Virus record (IMG/VR): IMGVR_UViG_3300001336_000023
Span: 1-57,135 of that record
Reading direction: 5' to 3' (one strand)
Source of the DNA: a virus
Taxonomy: Duplodnaviria; Caudoviricetes
Length of the DNA: 57,135 bases
Below are positions 27,365 through 38,434 of this stretch, piece after piece (the first letter of the stretch is position 1; the number at the start of each line of letters is the position of its first letter). The notes beneath the pieces were generated by a model that was given only the letters and a program-made list of their open reading frames with translations, did not search any database and was not told the origin of the DNA. The position numbers and the translations under genes were made by a program.

Positions 27365-28934
27365 GTTAGAAGTATTCCCAGCATCACCAACCATCGTTAA
27401 AATCTTGGTAGATGATAAGGCACTTGCTTCACATTTTATGCAACAAAGAAAAGCGTTACTGAACAAGAAAAAGAATCATACAAATGCACCCATCTATGAT
27501 GAAAGATTACGCCCCTACCAAAATGCCGAAGTAGATTTTCTGATAAACTTCAAAAAAGGTAAAGGCGTTTTTGATCAACAAAGAGTAGGAAAGACGCCAA
27601 TAACCTTAGTGACTATGCGTGAACTCAATCAAAACAAATGCCTTATTCTAGTTCCTAAATCTAATATTCATAAATGGATACAAGAGTACAAGAAATGGCA
27701 CGGAGGACCTTGCTACACTACAACCGATTGGTATCCCCCACAACGAAGAAAAGAAGAGTACAGCCAAAATTTAGGCACTTTAATTACAAACTACGAAAAA
27801 CTCATCCAAGACTATGATGAAATCATCGAAAGTTTTGGTTCTTTTGATGCCATAATTGTCGATGAAGCCCATATGCTAAGAAATTATAAAGGTCTTAGTT
27901 TCAAAATTAGTGGAAAAGATAAAGAAGATAACCCAATTAAAAAATACAAAAGCCCCGAAGTAACAAGAGCAATTATGGAAACTAGGTCACTAGCGAAGGA
28001 TGCCTACGCTTTAACAGGTACACCTGCACCTACAGCCCAACATAATGTTTTTGGTATTTTGGCTTTTTTATTTCCCGATTTATTCAGTAGTTACAACAAA
28101 GCAATGAATTATTATTTCAATAGAAAAACCTTTGATTTAAAAGACCAAAACATCAAATTTAGTACGATTGGAAAGTTCCAAAACAAGTTCAAAGAAAAAG
28201 AATTTGTCGAATTTTTAGAAACATTTTCCGTTCAAACAAAACGTAAAGACGTAATGAAATGGATTCCTGAAGTAGATGAAGAAATTTTCATTTTAGAACC
28301 TAGTCCAAATGTGGTAAAATGGCATGAGGAACTTCATAAATATTTTGAAACAGAAGATATTATTTGTCCCGACCAATTATCTGTTATGACTAGAGAAAGG
28401 CAACTATCAACATATCCACGTATTCTAGGATTAAACGACGACGGCCCGAAATTCAAATGGATAAAAAACCACATCAAAGATTACCCGAACACCCCCTTGA
28501 TAATCGCGGGGGCGTTTACTGAAATACTCAAAGCCTTACAAACCTATTTAAAAGATGATAAAAGAGTCAGAATTATGCATGGTGGTACTTCTTCTAAAAA
28601 TAGAAAAAAATTAGAAGACGACTTTCAAGCAGGAGAATACGATATTTTAATTGGAAATATCAAAGTTATTTCTCTAGGATTAACTTTATCTAGAGCAGAA
28701 GAAATTATTCTTTTAGATCCGTCTTTAACACAAGCAGACAACGAACAAGTATTAGACCGTTTTATCCCCACGACCCCTGAAGAAGCAGAAGCCAAAGAAG
28801 GGCAAACCATCATTCGTTTACTTAGTAAAGACACCATTGATGAATATATCGCTAAACAACTGCAAAGACGAAAAACAGAAAACGATATCATCAATGATTA
28901 TACAAGGACTTTAATAAAACATGCCAAACTCTAG
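27276..28934 (+). CDS. SNF2-family (SF2) helicase/ATPase
   Basis: LRPYQ, DQQRVGKT, IIVDEAH, LTGTP, GLTLSRA, EQVLDR; start uncertain. Confidence 0.9.
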   Translation: MQKMSKSYHLSLKRLKVPYTFLKGIKTKNKLEVFPASPTIVKILVDDKALASHFMQQRKALLNKKKNHTNAPIYDERLRPYQNAEVDFLINFKKGKGVFDQQRVGKTPITLVTMRELNQNKCLILVPKSNIHKWIQEYKKWHGGPCYTTTDWYPPQRRKEEYSQNLGTLITNYEKLIQDYDEIIESFGSFDAIIVDEAHMLRNYKGLSFKISGKDKEDNPIKKYKSPEVTRAIMETRSLAKDAYALTGTPAPTAQHNVFGILAFLFPDLFSSYNKAMNYYFNRKTFDLKDQNIKFSTIGKFQNKFKEKEFVEFLETFSVQTKRKDVMKWIPEVDEEIFILEPSPNVVKWHEELHKYFETEDIICPDQLSVMTRERQLSTYPRILGLNDDGPKFKWIKNHIKDYPNTPLIIAGAFTEILKALQTYLKDDKRVRIMHGGTSSKNRKKLEDDFQAGEYDILIGNIKVISLGLTLSRAEEIILLDPSLTQADNEQVLDRFIPTTPEEAEAKEGQTIIRLLSKDTIDEYIAKQLQRRKTENDIINDYTRTLIKHAKL

Positions 28935-29127
28935 AGAACGTATGAAATTAAACGAAGAAGAACAATTTGTACAATATAGTATTGAGGGATTAAGGCGTGG
29001 AGAAATCGTACACATATTTACTGTTAAACAATTGCATTTGATTAAAGCAAAATATAACGGACCAATTACAAAATGTGAATCATTAGACGGGTGGTTTGCA
29101 ATATTTGACCCAACAACAAACTATTAA
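28921..29127 (+). CDS. Hypothetical protein
   Basis: 68-aa ORF overlapping helicase end. Confidence 0.55.
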   Translation: MPNSRERMKLNEEEQFVQYSIEGLRRGEIVHIFTVKQLHLIKAKYNGPITKCESLDGWFAIFDPTTNY

Positions 29128-29155
29128 ATAATGAATTTTAGAAAGGATGGAGTAA

Positions 29156-29338
29156 ATGGGAGACGAAGCGGATTATATAAACAACATTAACGTTGCTTAT
29201 CAAGCGATAGATGATGTTAATGGAAAAGATTATTCCAAAGAGTTTTGTGAGTTTTGTGGCGAACAGTTATTGAAATATGAAAAAGAAACATGTACATCAT
29301 GCAGCATAGAATTAAAAAGAGAACGTGATTTATTATAG
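29156..29338 (+). CDS. Small Zn-finger protein
   Basis: CEFC...CTSC; GGATGGAG RBS. Confidence 0.65.
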   Translation: MGDEADYINNINVAYQAIDDVNGKDYSKEFCEFCGEQLLKYEKETCTSCSIELKRERDLL

Positions 29339-29410
29339 TGAAAGAGTTGGGATACAATGATAATTAAAGCCTATATAAAATATAAATGGAATTACAAAGG
29401 AGAATAAATT

Positions 29411-29827
29411 ATGGGAAAACCAATCACAAACAAGAACAAAACGTACAAACCTTACAGCTGTCCTTTTTGCCACAATCGTATTTATCGATATAACAGAAGT
29501 GGTATAGAAGTAAATTTTTGCAGTACTTGTGGAGAACACTTACATTGGCACAAAAAAATATTTAAAGATGATAGTTATTATTATGTTGCTTTAACCCATA
29601 TAGCAGACACTGAAGACGAATTAAAAAGTGATCTACTTAATAAAACAGATCATCCTGTAGACTTAAGTGTTATAGAAACGTATGAAGTCAAAGGTAGTGA
29701 CCTTAATAAAATACCAAAAAACGTTTACAAATTTGAATATTGGAAAGACTTACTAGATAGGTATCAACACGTCCCTGACGTTGATAATAATATAAAAAGA
29801 ATCAGAAAGGAGGAAACCAATGAGTAG
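29411..29827 (+). CDS. Zn-ribbon protein
   Basis: CPFC...FCSTCGEHLHW; AAGGAG RBS. Confidence 0.7.
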   Translation: MGKPITNKNKTYKPYSCPFCHNRIYRYNRSGIEVNFCSTCGEHLHWHKKIFKDDSYYYVALTHIADTEDELKSDLLNKTDHPVDLSVIETYEVKGSDLNKIPKNVYKFEYWKDLLDRYQHVPDVDNNIKRIRKEETNE

Positions 29828-30797
29828 AGTAACAGTAAAACAAGGAGCAAAGAAAGCAACACGTACACAGGTTAGAGCCGCAATCGGAATTGACGGACTA
29901 AGCGGGAGTGGAAAAAGTGGACTCGCATTATTTATAGCCAAATATCTTGCAAACAAAGCGTGGGAAAAAGTTTATGCTACTGATGCAGAAAACAACTCAT
30001 TATCTTTATATGTGGGAGAAAACTTACACGACAAAGAAAAAGTAGGAGAATTTTGGCACGCAAAACTAGATAAAGCCACAGGATATTCCCCATTCAATTA
30101 CGAATATTATGCAGACGAAGCCTATGAAAAAGGATGCTTAGCACGCGTTCAAGACTCTTACACTCATATGTGGCAAAGAGAAGGAGGAGTACTAGACATG
30201 GTTAACAAAATTCAAGCACAAGGAGACAAAAGATATAATGACTCTTATCGTGCGTGGGGACACCCTGATACAGTTGACGCAAAAAACCTCATCTTTGACC
30301 TTATCCGTGACAATAGAATGCATGTTATATCGACTATTCGTATTAAAGACAAAACCGTAATGGAACAAGGCGAAAACGGTAGAACAGTCATTAAGAAAAT
30401 GGGAGACAAACAAATGCAATCTGAAGGACTTATTTATGAGTTCGACTTAATGCTCAGAACTATAAGAGCAGGAGACAAAGACGGAACACCCCCTAGAGTA
30501 TACGTAGAAAAATCAAGGTACAGTATATTCAAAGTAGGAGAAGAATATGATATAACCCCCGAAGTTATGGATACACTAAAATCCTATTTAGAAGAAGGTA
30601 TTGACATCGATGAACTTAATGAAAAAACTAGAATAGAAATGGCAGAGTCTCTAAGAGAAAGAGCAATCGCCGATTCTGACTTAAAAGTTTTACTTAAGAA
30701 AAAATACCCTGATACAAAATTAGCAGAAATGGATTTAGAAACGTTACGAGAAGTCAATTCAATGTTCATTGATATTGAGTATAGTCGTAAACACTAA
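29820..30797 (+). CDS. AAA_24/Sak4-like P-loop ATPase (recombination)
   Basis: GLSGSGKS, DAEN, DSYTHMW, YEFD motifs. Confidence 0.85.
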   Translation: MSRVTVKQGAKKATRTQVRAAIGIDGLSGSGKSGLALFIAKYLANKAWEKVYATDAENNSLSLYVGENLHDKEKVGEFWHAKLDKATGYSPFNYEYYADEAYEKGCLARVQDSYTHMWQREGGVLDMVNKIQAQGDKRYNDSYRAWGHPDTVDAKNLIFDLIRDNRMHVISTIRIKDKTVMEQGENGRTVIKKMGDKQMQSEGLIYEFDLMLRTIRAGDKDGTPPRVYVEKSRYSIFKVGEEYDITPEVMDTLKSYLEEGIDIDELNEKTRIEMAESLRERAIADSDLKVLLKKKYPDTKLAEMDLETLREVNSMFIDIEYSRKH

Positions 30798-30818
30798 AAA
30801 TAAAAGGAGAAAATAATA

Positions 30819-31259
30819 ATGGCAAACACAGAAAAAGAAGGAAAAGTATTAGTAGCAGAACCGAAAGACCCTGTAAAAAAAGAAGCAGTTGAACCAAAAA
30901 AAGTAACACCAACAATTGATCCTCAAGTAAAAGATTTAAAAGAACAACTAGAAAAAGCAGAAGAAACAATCAAACGTCGTGACAAATCTTTACGTGAAGT
31001 CCGTGCAGAGAAAAAAGAACTTGAAGACCAAGTAGAAGAACAAAAAGCACGTATTGAAAACAACGATAAATATTTAAAATCATTAACTAAACGTTTAGAT
31101 GATGCAGAAGAAATGATTGCAACAAAAGGTAAAGCACTACAAGAAGTTATTACTACAGTATCAGGAACCTTTGACGTTTTAGAAATCACTTTGAACAACG
31201 CAAGAAAAGCAATTCAATTTAATTTACAACCAAAACCAAATCAAAACAGAGGAGAATAA
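30819..31259 (+). CDS. Coiled-coil hypothetical protein
   Basis: AAAGGAG RBS; heptad pattern. Confidence 0.75.
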   Translation: MANTEKEGKVLVAEPKDPVKKEAVEPKKVTPTIDPQVKDLKEQLEKAEETIKRRDKSLREVRAEKKELEDQVEEQKARIENNDKYLKSLTKRLDDAEEMIATKGKALQEVITTVSGTFDVLEITLNNARKAIQFNLQPKPNQNRGE

Positions 31260-31262
31260 ATT

Positions 31263-31790
31263 ATGAAAAAGAATGAAGCAATTGAAATTGATTTTAACGA
31301 ACTTCCTGAAGGAGTTTCTACAGAAGAAATTGAACCGGGGATATACATCCTTAAAATCGAAGACATTATCCTAGAAAACAACGAGGATTTTGGAACACAA
31401 TATCAATTCTCACACAGCATTCCAGGATACCCACAAAAAATCAATTACGATAACTACCGCATCTTTGATGCTGAGGGTAATCCTCATGATTGGGGACGTG
31501 GAAAACTTCGTGCAATGATTGAAGCGTCACAAACCAAAATGGAAAAAATCAACTTAGTTATGTTGCAAAATTTACTTAAAGGGGAATACATCAAAGCAGA
31601 ACTTGAACTTAACAAAAAGAAATACCCACAAATCAAATTTGCTAACCTTTATCCTTTAGATTATGAAGAGCCTGCAATTAACCAAGAGGCTTATGAAGCA
31701 GAAGTAAAAAACAAATCAACGAAGAAAGAAAAGAAAGAAGAAACACCATCAGAAGACATAGCAGAACAATTTGACGATTCAGACATTTAG
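31263..31790 (+). CDS. Putative ssDNA-binding protein (DUF669-like)
   Basis: IEPGIYILKI start, acidic tail FDDSDI, located between AAA ATPase and primase. Confidence 0.6.
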   Translation: MKKNEAIEIDFNELPEGVSTEEIEPGIYILKIEDIILENNEDFGTQYQFSHSIPGYPQKINYDNYRIFDAEGNPHDWGRGKLRAMIEASQTKMEKINLVMLQNLLKGEYIKAELELNKKKYPQIKFANLYPLDYEEPAINQEAYEAEVKNKSTKKEKKEETPSEDIAEQFDDSDI

Positions 31791-31801
31791 GAGATGATGA
31801 T

Positions 31802-34603
31802 ATGGATAGCTTTTATCAATTAGCTTTCCCAGATATAGCATTCAATTACTCAGGAGATACAAAAGTACGTTGTCCCTTTCCACACACAGACCACGTAACA
31901 GGAGAAATATTTTATGACCAAACTCCCTCATTGAGTATTGATATTGAAAAAGGCATCCATCATTGTTTTGCGTGTCATCGCAAAGGTAACGAACTACAGT
32001 TCATTCAAGATTTTATGCACCTTAGTGCTGAAAATGCTATTCAATTAAAAACCATATTATCAAAAGCAACAGAAGACATTGTTGATTGGCAAAAAGCAGT
32101 ACAAATACTTAACAACGATCCTAACAAAATTAAAATGTTGAAAGAACAATACCACTTTAGTGAAAAAGCAATCAAGACATTACAACTTGGAATAGAAGGA
32201 GCGGGGAGAGGAATTGCTTTCCCCGTATTCCTATTCGACCAATTAGTGGACGTCATATCTTATAACCCCGGACAACAACCTAAGTACCGTAAAAGACCAA
32301 GATCAGAAAATGGTCTTATTATGCCTTATGATTCGTGGAAAGAATCAGAAAAGGCTACAGTCATTGTTGCCGGACAAAAAGATTTAGGTATCGCCCTATC
32401 AAATGACATAAATGCTATTGCTATTACAGGTGGTGAAGGAGAAATACCTGAGCTATTTTTAAATGACTTTAAAGATCGGACAGTATTTATTGTATTCGAT
32501 AATGATAAAGCAGGGCAAGATGGGTCTAAGAAATTAGCAACAGCCTTAAAACCTTACACAAAACTTATTAGAATAGTTGATTTATCTTCGGTCTGTACAG
32601 AAAAAGGAGAAGACTTATGGGACTTCTTTGTAAAATACAACAAAACGAAAAAAGACCTTATAAAATTGATCAACGATTCTGAAGAGTTCACCCAAGAAGA
32701 CTTTCAAAAAGAGCGAGAAAAAATCTATCCTACAGTTAGCCTAACTGATGCTTTACAGGCCAAATATGTAAGAAGGGTATTACGTAGTAATATCCAAATA
32801 CTCGCTACAGACGAAACAAAATTCCTCATGCCTACTGCTTATACAGCCAAAAAGTATAAAGTACTAGGTAAATCAGAAAACAAAAACCAACTGAATGAGG
32901 GCGAAGAATTGTATTGGACATTCTCTAAAAAGCGCCCTAAAGAATTATTCTATATGATTGACAGTAATCTAAAAGAAGATACGATTAAAGAATACATGTT
33001 AAAACTTATAAAGTACCCTCAAGAAATAGGTATGTCTATTAACGTTACTTCTCAAATTCCTGTTTATAAATGTAGTGTCACAGACCTACACGAAGCAACA
33101 GAACTTGACGCAAGGATTACTGAGTTCACGGCTTATTCGATTGGTAAACAATTAGAAAGTGGAAAGAAATATAAAGCCACTTACTCTATGGTACAGCATC
33201 CTTTTCAAGGAAATGCATTGTATATGATTATCTACGACATTGAAGAAAGTAGTGATTCGGTAACAAACTTTGTTGTCGATCAAGAAGTAAAAGAAAACCT
33301 CGACATATTTAAAGTCGATATAAACTTAAAAGATACAGTAGACAAACACGTTGACAAACTACGTGGTATAGTCAACGCTGATTACTCAGGCATTCTTCTT
33401 ATGCTTATCGACTTATGGTACCACACCCCTTTACAATTTGATTTGAGAAATCAGAAACAAGCAAGAGCTTATCTAGATATGCTTATTGTGGCAGAATCCC
33501 GTACAGGGAAATCGACAACATCAATGGCATTACAAAAACTATACGAACTAGGTACACGTATTCCTCTTAACGGTAGTAATGCTACTATCGCAGGGATTAT
33601 TGGTGGTTCACAAAAGACCAAAAACGGCTTCCAAACTAGAGCAGGTATTATTCCTCGTTCACATCGTGGAGCAGTTATCTTTGAAGAACTTGCTAAAATG
33701 AACAACGACATTCAAAAAGAACTTACAGAAATACGTTCATCTTATACAGCGTCCATTACTCGTGTATCAGGAACAATTCATTTGCCTGCTTATGTAAGAC
33801 AGTTATCTTTAACCAACGCAAAGACAAAAAGAGCAGGAGCAAGATCAATCTCAAGTTATCCTAACGGTATCGAAGTTATTCTTGACTTAGTAGGACAACC
33901 TGAAGATATTGCACGCTACGACGTTATTGCTATTCTTCCAGAAAAAGGAGCACAAAACATTGACCCTTACTTCAAACCACCGACCCCTTACCCTAAAGAA
34001 GCATACTTAGACCGTATACGTTGGATATGGAGTAGAGAATCACACCAAGTAGAAATCTCACAAGAGGTCTATGTGCATACTATCAACTTAGCAAACAAAG
34101 CAAATGATATTTTTTATTCTTACATTAAAATCTTTGGTACAGAAACGTACTTAAAGTTCTTACGTCTAGCAATTGCTATTGCCGGGTATGTTTGTTCTAC
34201 AGACGAAACGTATGAAAAAATTATCGTGAAAAAAGAACATGTTGATTTAGCAAAAGACATTATTGTAAGTCTGTACGATAACGATGCTTTTAGATTGCGT
34301 GAATTTGTGGAATTAGAAAGACAGTACATTGAAGTAACAGATGATGATATTAAAATCTTAGAAAAATTATGGAATGGAGCATCAGCAACATTAGAACATT
34401 TAGAACGCTATGCTACTACAACATCATCTAATCTAAGAAATGTCTCAGGGAAATCACAAGATGACTTTAGCCGTACTATGAACAGGCTAGCACAAAATTA
34501 CTTTGTAAAATTTGACGGCTATGATATTGTCCCAACAGAAAAATTCCGTAAAGCAATGAAACACATTAATCGAAAAATAGACTTAACGGTGGTGGAAATA
34601 TGA
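31802..34603 (+). CDS. Primase-helicase (Zn finger, TOPRIM, MCM-like AAA+)
   Basis: CPFPH...HHCFAC; TOPRIM IVAGQKD and FDNDKAG; AESRTGKS, IAGIIGG, AGIIP, VIFEEL, ARYD (MCM-like). Confidence 0.85.
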   Translation: MDSFYQLAFPDIAFNYSGDTKVRCPFPHTDHVTGEIFYDQTPSLSIDIEKGIHHCFACHRKGNELQFIQDFMHLSAENAIQLKTILSKATEDIVDWQKAVQILNNDPNKIKMLKEQYHFSEKAIKTLQLGIEGAGRGIAFPVFLFDQLVDVISYNPGQQPKYRKRPRSENGLIMPYDSWKESEKATVIVAGQKDLGIALSNDINAIAITGGEGEIPELFLNDFKDRTVFIVFDNDKAGQDGSKKLATALKPYTKLIRIVDLSSVCTEKGEDLWDFFVKYNKTKKDLIKLINDSEEFTQEDFQKEREKIYPTVSLTDALQAKYVRRVLRSNIQILATDETKFLMPTAYTAKKYKVLGKSENKNQLNEGEELYWTFSKKRPKELFYMIDSNLKEDTIKEYMLKLIKYPQEIGMSINVTSQIPVYKCSVTDLHEATELDARITEFTAYSIGKQLESGKKYKATYSMVQHPFQGNALYMIIYDIEESSDSVTNFVVDQEVKENLDIFKVDINLKDTVDKHVDKLRGIVNADYSGILLMLIDLWYHTPLQFDLRNQKQARAYLDMLIVAESRTGKSTTSMALQKLYELGTRIPLNGSNATIAGIIGGSQKTKNGFQTRAGIIPRSHRGAVIFEELAKMNNDIQKELTEIRSSYTASITRVSGTIHLPAYVRQLSLTNAKTKRAGARSISSYPNGIEVILDLVGQPEDIARYDVIAILPEKGAQNIDPYFKPPTPYPKEAYLDRIRWIWSRESHQVEISQEVYVHTINLANKANDIFYSYIKIFGTETYLKFLRLAIAIAGYVCSTDETYEKIIVKKEHVDLAKDIIVSLYDNDAFRLREFVELERQYIEVTDDDIKILEKLWNGASATLEHLERYATTTSSNLRNVSGKSQDDFSRTMNRLAQNYFVKFDGYDIVPTEKFRKAMKHINRKIDLTVVEI

Positions 34604-36753
34604 TGAATCTACCTACCATATACAAATTAAACATCCGTACAAAAGAAGATTTACTTGAATGTATTTCCCTATGGAAAGCACACCAACCTAAGGATCTGAT
34701 TGCCTTTGATGAAGAATCTAACGGATTAAACATTAAACGAAGTATTCCCTTTTTACACATTTTTGGCTTCTTAAGTAAAACAAATGAAGTCATTTATACA
34801 TTCACCATCGACTTTGAGAAAAGTAACAGACAACTCATTGTAGACACTATGTACACTTTTAATAAGTTCTGCGAATATGCAAAACTCATTATTGGACACA
34901 ACGTTGTATTTGACTTACACATGCTAACCAATGTAAACTTTCCTGTAAATCACTTTGATAAAATTACAGACACAAGTTTTTATATTCGTTTAGCACATGA
35001 TGCAAAACAACAAGAACACGGAGGACCGCCTTTAGGTCTAAAAGATTATGCATCTAGGTACATTGACAAACATGCGAATATCTATGAGAAACGTCTAAAA
35101 AGAGAACAAACCATTATCAAAAAGAAAAACAATATGGAATTAAAACGGCGTTTACGTGAATTTCCATTACCTCAAAGATTTAAACACATCGCAAAGAGTT
35201 GGACAATGGGCGTAATCGAAGATTTCTTCAAAGATAAACTCAACGAGATTGATGATTTAGACCCTGAGATTGCAAAAATTATTCATGAATGGCAAGCAAA
35301 TAGTCTTGATCCAGAAGACTACAGTGTCTTAGACCGTGAAATTGTCACAGAATATGCTCACTACGACGTTTTTTACACTATATGTATATATTTATACCTA
35401 AAAGATAAAGTCGTAGAACGAGAGCAAACCGACGTCTTAGATGAAGAACAACGAGCAATTGAAGGATTCTATGAACTTGAACGCACAGGAACAGTGTTTG
35501 ACATGGAAAAAGCCTTAGAAGCAAAAGAAAATACAAAAACATACATTTTAAAATTACGTACAGAACTTACAGACTTACTAGGTGAATCCATTACTGTCAA
35601 TCAAGGAGAAAAACTAAAAGAAATTTTACTTTACAAATTTAAAGTGAATCTACCTGATACAACAAAAGACACACTCAAATATATGCGAGATAAAAACTTA
35701 CCTAAAGAAGTAGATCGCATTCTTCAAATCGTATCAGAGCTTCGAAGTCTAGAGAAATGGTATTCATTATACCTGCTTCATTGGATTGAAGAAGCAGAAA
35801 AGTTCGGCAATCGAATATACCCAACATACTTTCAAGTAGGTGCTGTTACAGGAAGAGTATCATCACCGTTCCAACAGTTCCCTAAGAAAGCAAAATACAC
35901 CATTGATGAAGAATATTTATTCCATCCTCGAGAATTATTCCGTGCACCTGAAGGGTACGATATCTTCTTCTTCGACTATGCCGCAATGGAGATGCGTATT
36001 CAAGCAATTTATACCATTCTCATTAAGCACCCTGACCTCAATTTACTTCGTGCCTTTGTTCCTTATGACTGTTACAGATATGATGCTACGCATAACGCAA
36101 CATTATTCTCGTTTAAAGACAAAGATTGGGAGCAATACAAATGGTACAAAAAAGAAAATAACGAACTGTGGGTAGAAACAGACATCCATACATCAACGAC
36201 TAAACGTGCATTAGGGATTAGTGAAGACCACGCAGAGTTCCCATATTGGCGAGGAATAGGGAAGAGAATTAACTTCTCAATCATCTATGGCGCAATGCCT
36301 AAGAAAATTAAAGAAGCACAACGCCTTACAATTAAACAAGCAACGGACTTCTACAATGCGTTCTTTGAAGAGTTCCCTAAGCTAAGAAATTATGAAGCAT
36401 ATGTACAAAACTTCTTAGATCGTCGAGGTTATGTGCAAAACTTATTCGGAAGAAAATACTATGGTATCTCAACCCATGAGGGAAAAAATTATCTTATTCA
36501 AGGTAGTGGAGCAGACTATACAAAACGTCTTATCCCATTACTTACTGAATTACTTAGAGATAAAAAATCCCGTATGCAAGGATACTTACACGATGAGTTC
36601 TCATTTATCATTCCTCCTGAAGAACGTTACTTAGTAAAAGAAATCAAGAGGATTATGGAAAGCGCTAAAACACCCATCCTAATGAAAGTGGACGTAGAAA
36701 TTTCCACAACCAATTGGAAGGAGAAAAAAGACTATGATATTTCAGTCCTTTAA
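34600..36753 (+). CDS. polA: DNA polymerase family A with 3'-5' exonuclease
   Basis: Exo AFDEES, GHNVVFD, YAHYD; polymerase motifs DYAAMEMR, KRINFSIIYG, YLHDEF. Confidence 0.95.
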   Translation: MMNLPTIYKLNIRTKEDLLECISLWKAHQPKDLIAFDEESNGLNIKRSIPFLHIFGFLSKTNEVIYTFTIDFEKSNRQLIVDTMYTFNKFCEYAKLIIGHNVVFDLHMLTNVNFPVNHFDKITDTSFYIRLAHDAKQQEHGGPPLGLKDYASRYIDKHANIYEKRLKREQTIIKKKNNMELKRRLREFPLPQRFKHIAKSWTMGVIEDFFKDKLNEIDDLDPEIAKIIHEWQANSLDPEDYSVLDREIVTEYAHYDVFYTICIYLYLKDKVVEREQTDVLDEEQRAIEGFYELERTGTVFDMEKALEAKENTKTYILKLRTELTDLLGESITVNQGEKLKEILLYKFKVNLPDTTKDTLKYMRDKNLPKEVDRILQIVSELRSLEKWYSLYLLHWIEEAEKFGNRIYPTYFQVGAVTGRVSSPFQQFPKKAKYTIDEEYLFHPRELFRAPEGYDIFFFDYAAMEMRIQAIYTILIKHPDLNLLRAFVPYDCYRYDATHNATLFSFKDKDWEQYKWYKKENNELWVETDIHTSTTKRALGISEDHAEFPYWRGIGKRINFSIIYGAMPKKIKEAQRLTIKQATDFYNAFFEEFPKLRNYEAYVQNFLDRRGYVQNLFGRKYYGISTHEGKNYLIQGSGADYTKRLIPLLTELLRDKKSRMQGYLHDEFSFIIPPEERYLVKEIKRIMESAKTPILMKVDVEISTTNWKEKKDYDISVL

Positions 36754-36955
36754 AGACCATTCAAGAGCACTTTTCGAACACTTAATGAGAGTGAAAGCAG
36801 GACGAGAACCAACTGAATTTGAATTCCGAGCATTTATGTTAAAGTACGATCAAGTAGTTGACAACGAATTATACAAGTACCACCTCAGAATGCAAGAACG
36901 AATTTTAGAATACATCGAAGAGGAGGTACTAGATGAACAAGATCCTAGTGTTTGA
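36734..36955 (+). CDS. Hypothetical protein
   Basis: GAAGGAG RBS; overlaps both neighbours. Confidence 0.65.
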   Translation: MIFQSFKDHSRALFEHLMRVKAGREPTEFEFRAFMLKYDQVVDNELYKYHLRMQERILEYIEEEVLDEQDPSV

Positions 36956-37454
36956 CCCTTCAGGAAATTACATTGAAGGACAGGGTACCTCAGGGTGGGC
37001 ACTTTATTACAAAGGAAGCCTCACTTCTGTAGGACAAATCAGAGCCGCAGACTATAATAGTAGACAGGGTTATTGGGACGAACACATTAAACTTATTGAA
37101 GCACACAGTCCTGACATTGTTGTCTTAGAAGACTATGTATTATATGGACAAAGTGCAAGTGCACAAATAGGTTCTGAACTTGAAACCCCTCAACTTATTG
37201 GAATCATTAAGTATTATTGCCTTAGCAATAACATTAAAGGGTATATACAACATGCGAAAATCAAACCAAGATTTAGCAATGAGATTTTATTACATAGAAA
37301 AACCATTACCCAAGATAACACAAAACGTTATTACGCAATCGGAGTACCCTTAACAGGGCATATCCTTGATGCAATACGACATGGAGAATACTTTATTAAT
37401 TTCACTTTAAAGAAAATTCAAAAGGAGGATAAAAATGGTATAAAATCTTTTTAA
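36933..37454 (+). CDS. RuvC-like Holliday junction resolvase
   Basis: ILVFDPSG...TSGWA, VVLEDY, HILDAIRH RNase H-fold acidic residues. Confidence 0.75.
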   Translation: MNKILVFDPSGNYIEGQGTSGWALYYKGSLTSVGQIRAADYNSRQGYWDEHIKLIEAHSPDIVVLEDYVLYGQSASAQIGSELETPQLIGIIKYYCLSNNIKGYIQHAKIKPRFSNEILLHRKTITQDNTKRYYAIGVPLTGHILDAIRHGEYFINFTLKKIQKEDKNGIKSF

Positions 37455-37498
37455 TTTCACATTGAAAACAATAAAAATAAAAACAAAAAGGAGAATTT

Positions 37499-38434
37499 AT
37501 GAATGCACAACTAACAATGAAATTAGACTCAAACACATTTATACCAAAAAATGAGAGTCTAGAAGGAACTCTTCAAGATAGTTTTACAGAGTTCTGTACA
37601 CAATTAGGCTTCCCTGTAGGTGTGGCCAACATTATGGATTTAGACCAAGACGGATTTGCAGAAGCAAGAGCAAATAGTTTTGGAGCAAGTGATTCGTCTG
37701 TAATCCTAGGGGTAGCATATTCTTCTTCAAGAGTAGAAATGAAAACATTATCTCAACTTGTCGATGAAAAAGTCAACAATGTCTTTGATGAAGAAATTGG
37801 AAAACTTGCATCTGTACGTAAAGGAAAAGAACTCGAGGATATGATTATTCATAAAATCGAAACAATCCTTAACGCAACAATTATCAAACCTGACCATATG
37901 TTTATTAATGGAAAAGGACTCGCAACCAACTTTGACGGAATTATCTTTGAACAATTACCTGATGAAGAACATACCATCATTGAAGACTATATGCCTATCC
38001 CTATGGAAATCAAAGTGTGTAGTTTCTTCGGCCGAAAGAATTATGATTGGAACAAAGGATTATCGGAATTTGCAGGAGACTTCAATTTAAACGTATTAGA
38101 TAAACCACGTTTAAGACTAATGAACGATATAGAAATTAGTGAGTATGTGGAACTGCAAGCAGATTACTACGGAATCCCAAAATATTATTACACACAACTA
38201 CAACAACAAATGTTATTCACTGATGCGTCTCATGGTTATTTAGCCGTCATGGATGACATTAATTGGACAATTTACTTTTACAAAATCTTAAGAGATGCAT
38301 ACGTTATCAACACTTTGAATTTACGTTCAGAACAAGCGTATACACAATTGATTGCTAGAAAAGGACTTAAAGACAAAGTCGCATCACAATTTATTGAAGA
38401 ACAATCTAACGGTATAAATAATGAGGACTTATGA
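37499..38434 (+). CDS. YqaJ/lambda-exonuclease family nuclease
   Basis: R..SFGASDSSVILG, GKELE, ATNFDG, EIK, YYTQLQQQM. Confidence 0.85.
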   Translation: MNAQLTMKLDSNTFIPKNESLEGTLQDSFTEFCTQLGFPVGVANIMDLDQDGFAEARANSFGASDSSVILGVAYSSSRVEMKTLSQLVDEKVNNVFDEEIGKLASVRKGKELEDMIIHKIETILNATIIKPDHMFINGKGLATNFDGIIFEQLPDEEHTIIEDYMPIPMEIKVCSFFGRKNYDWNKGLSEFAGDFNLNVLDKPRLRLMNDIEISEYVELQADYYGIPKYYYTQLQQQMLFTDASHGYLAVMDDINWTIYFYKILRDAYVINTLNLRSEQAYTQLIARKGLKDKVASQFIEEQSNGINNEDL

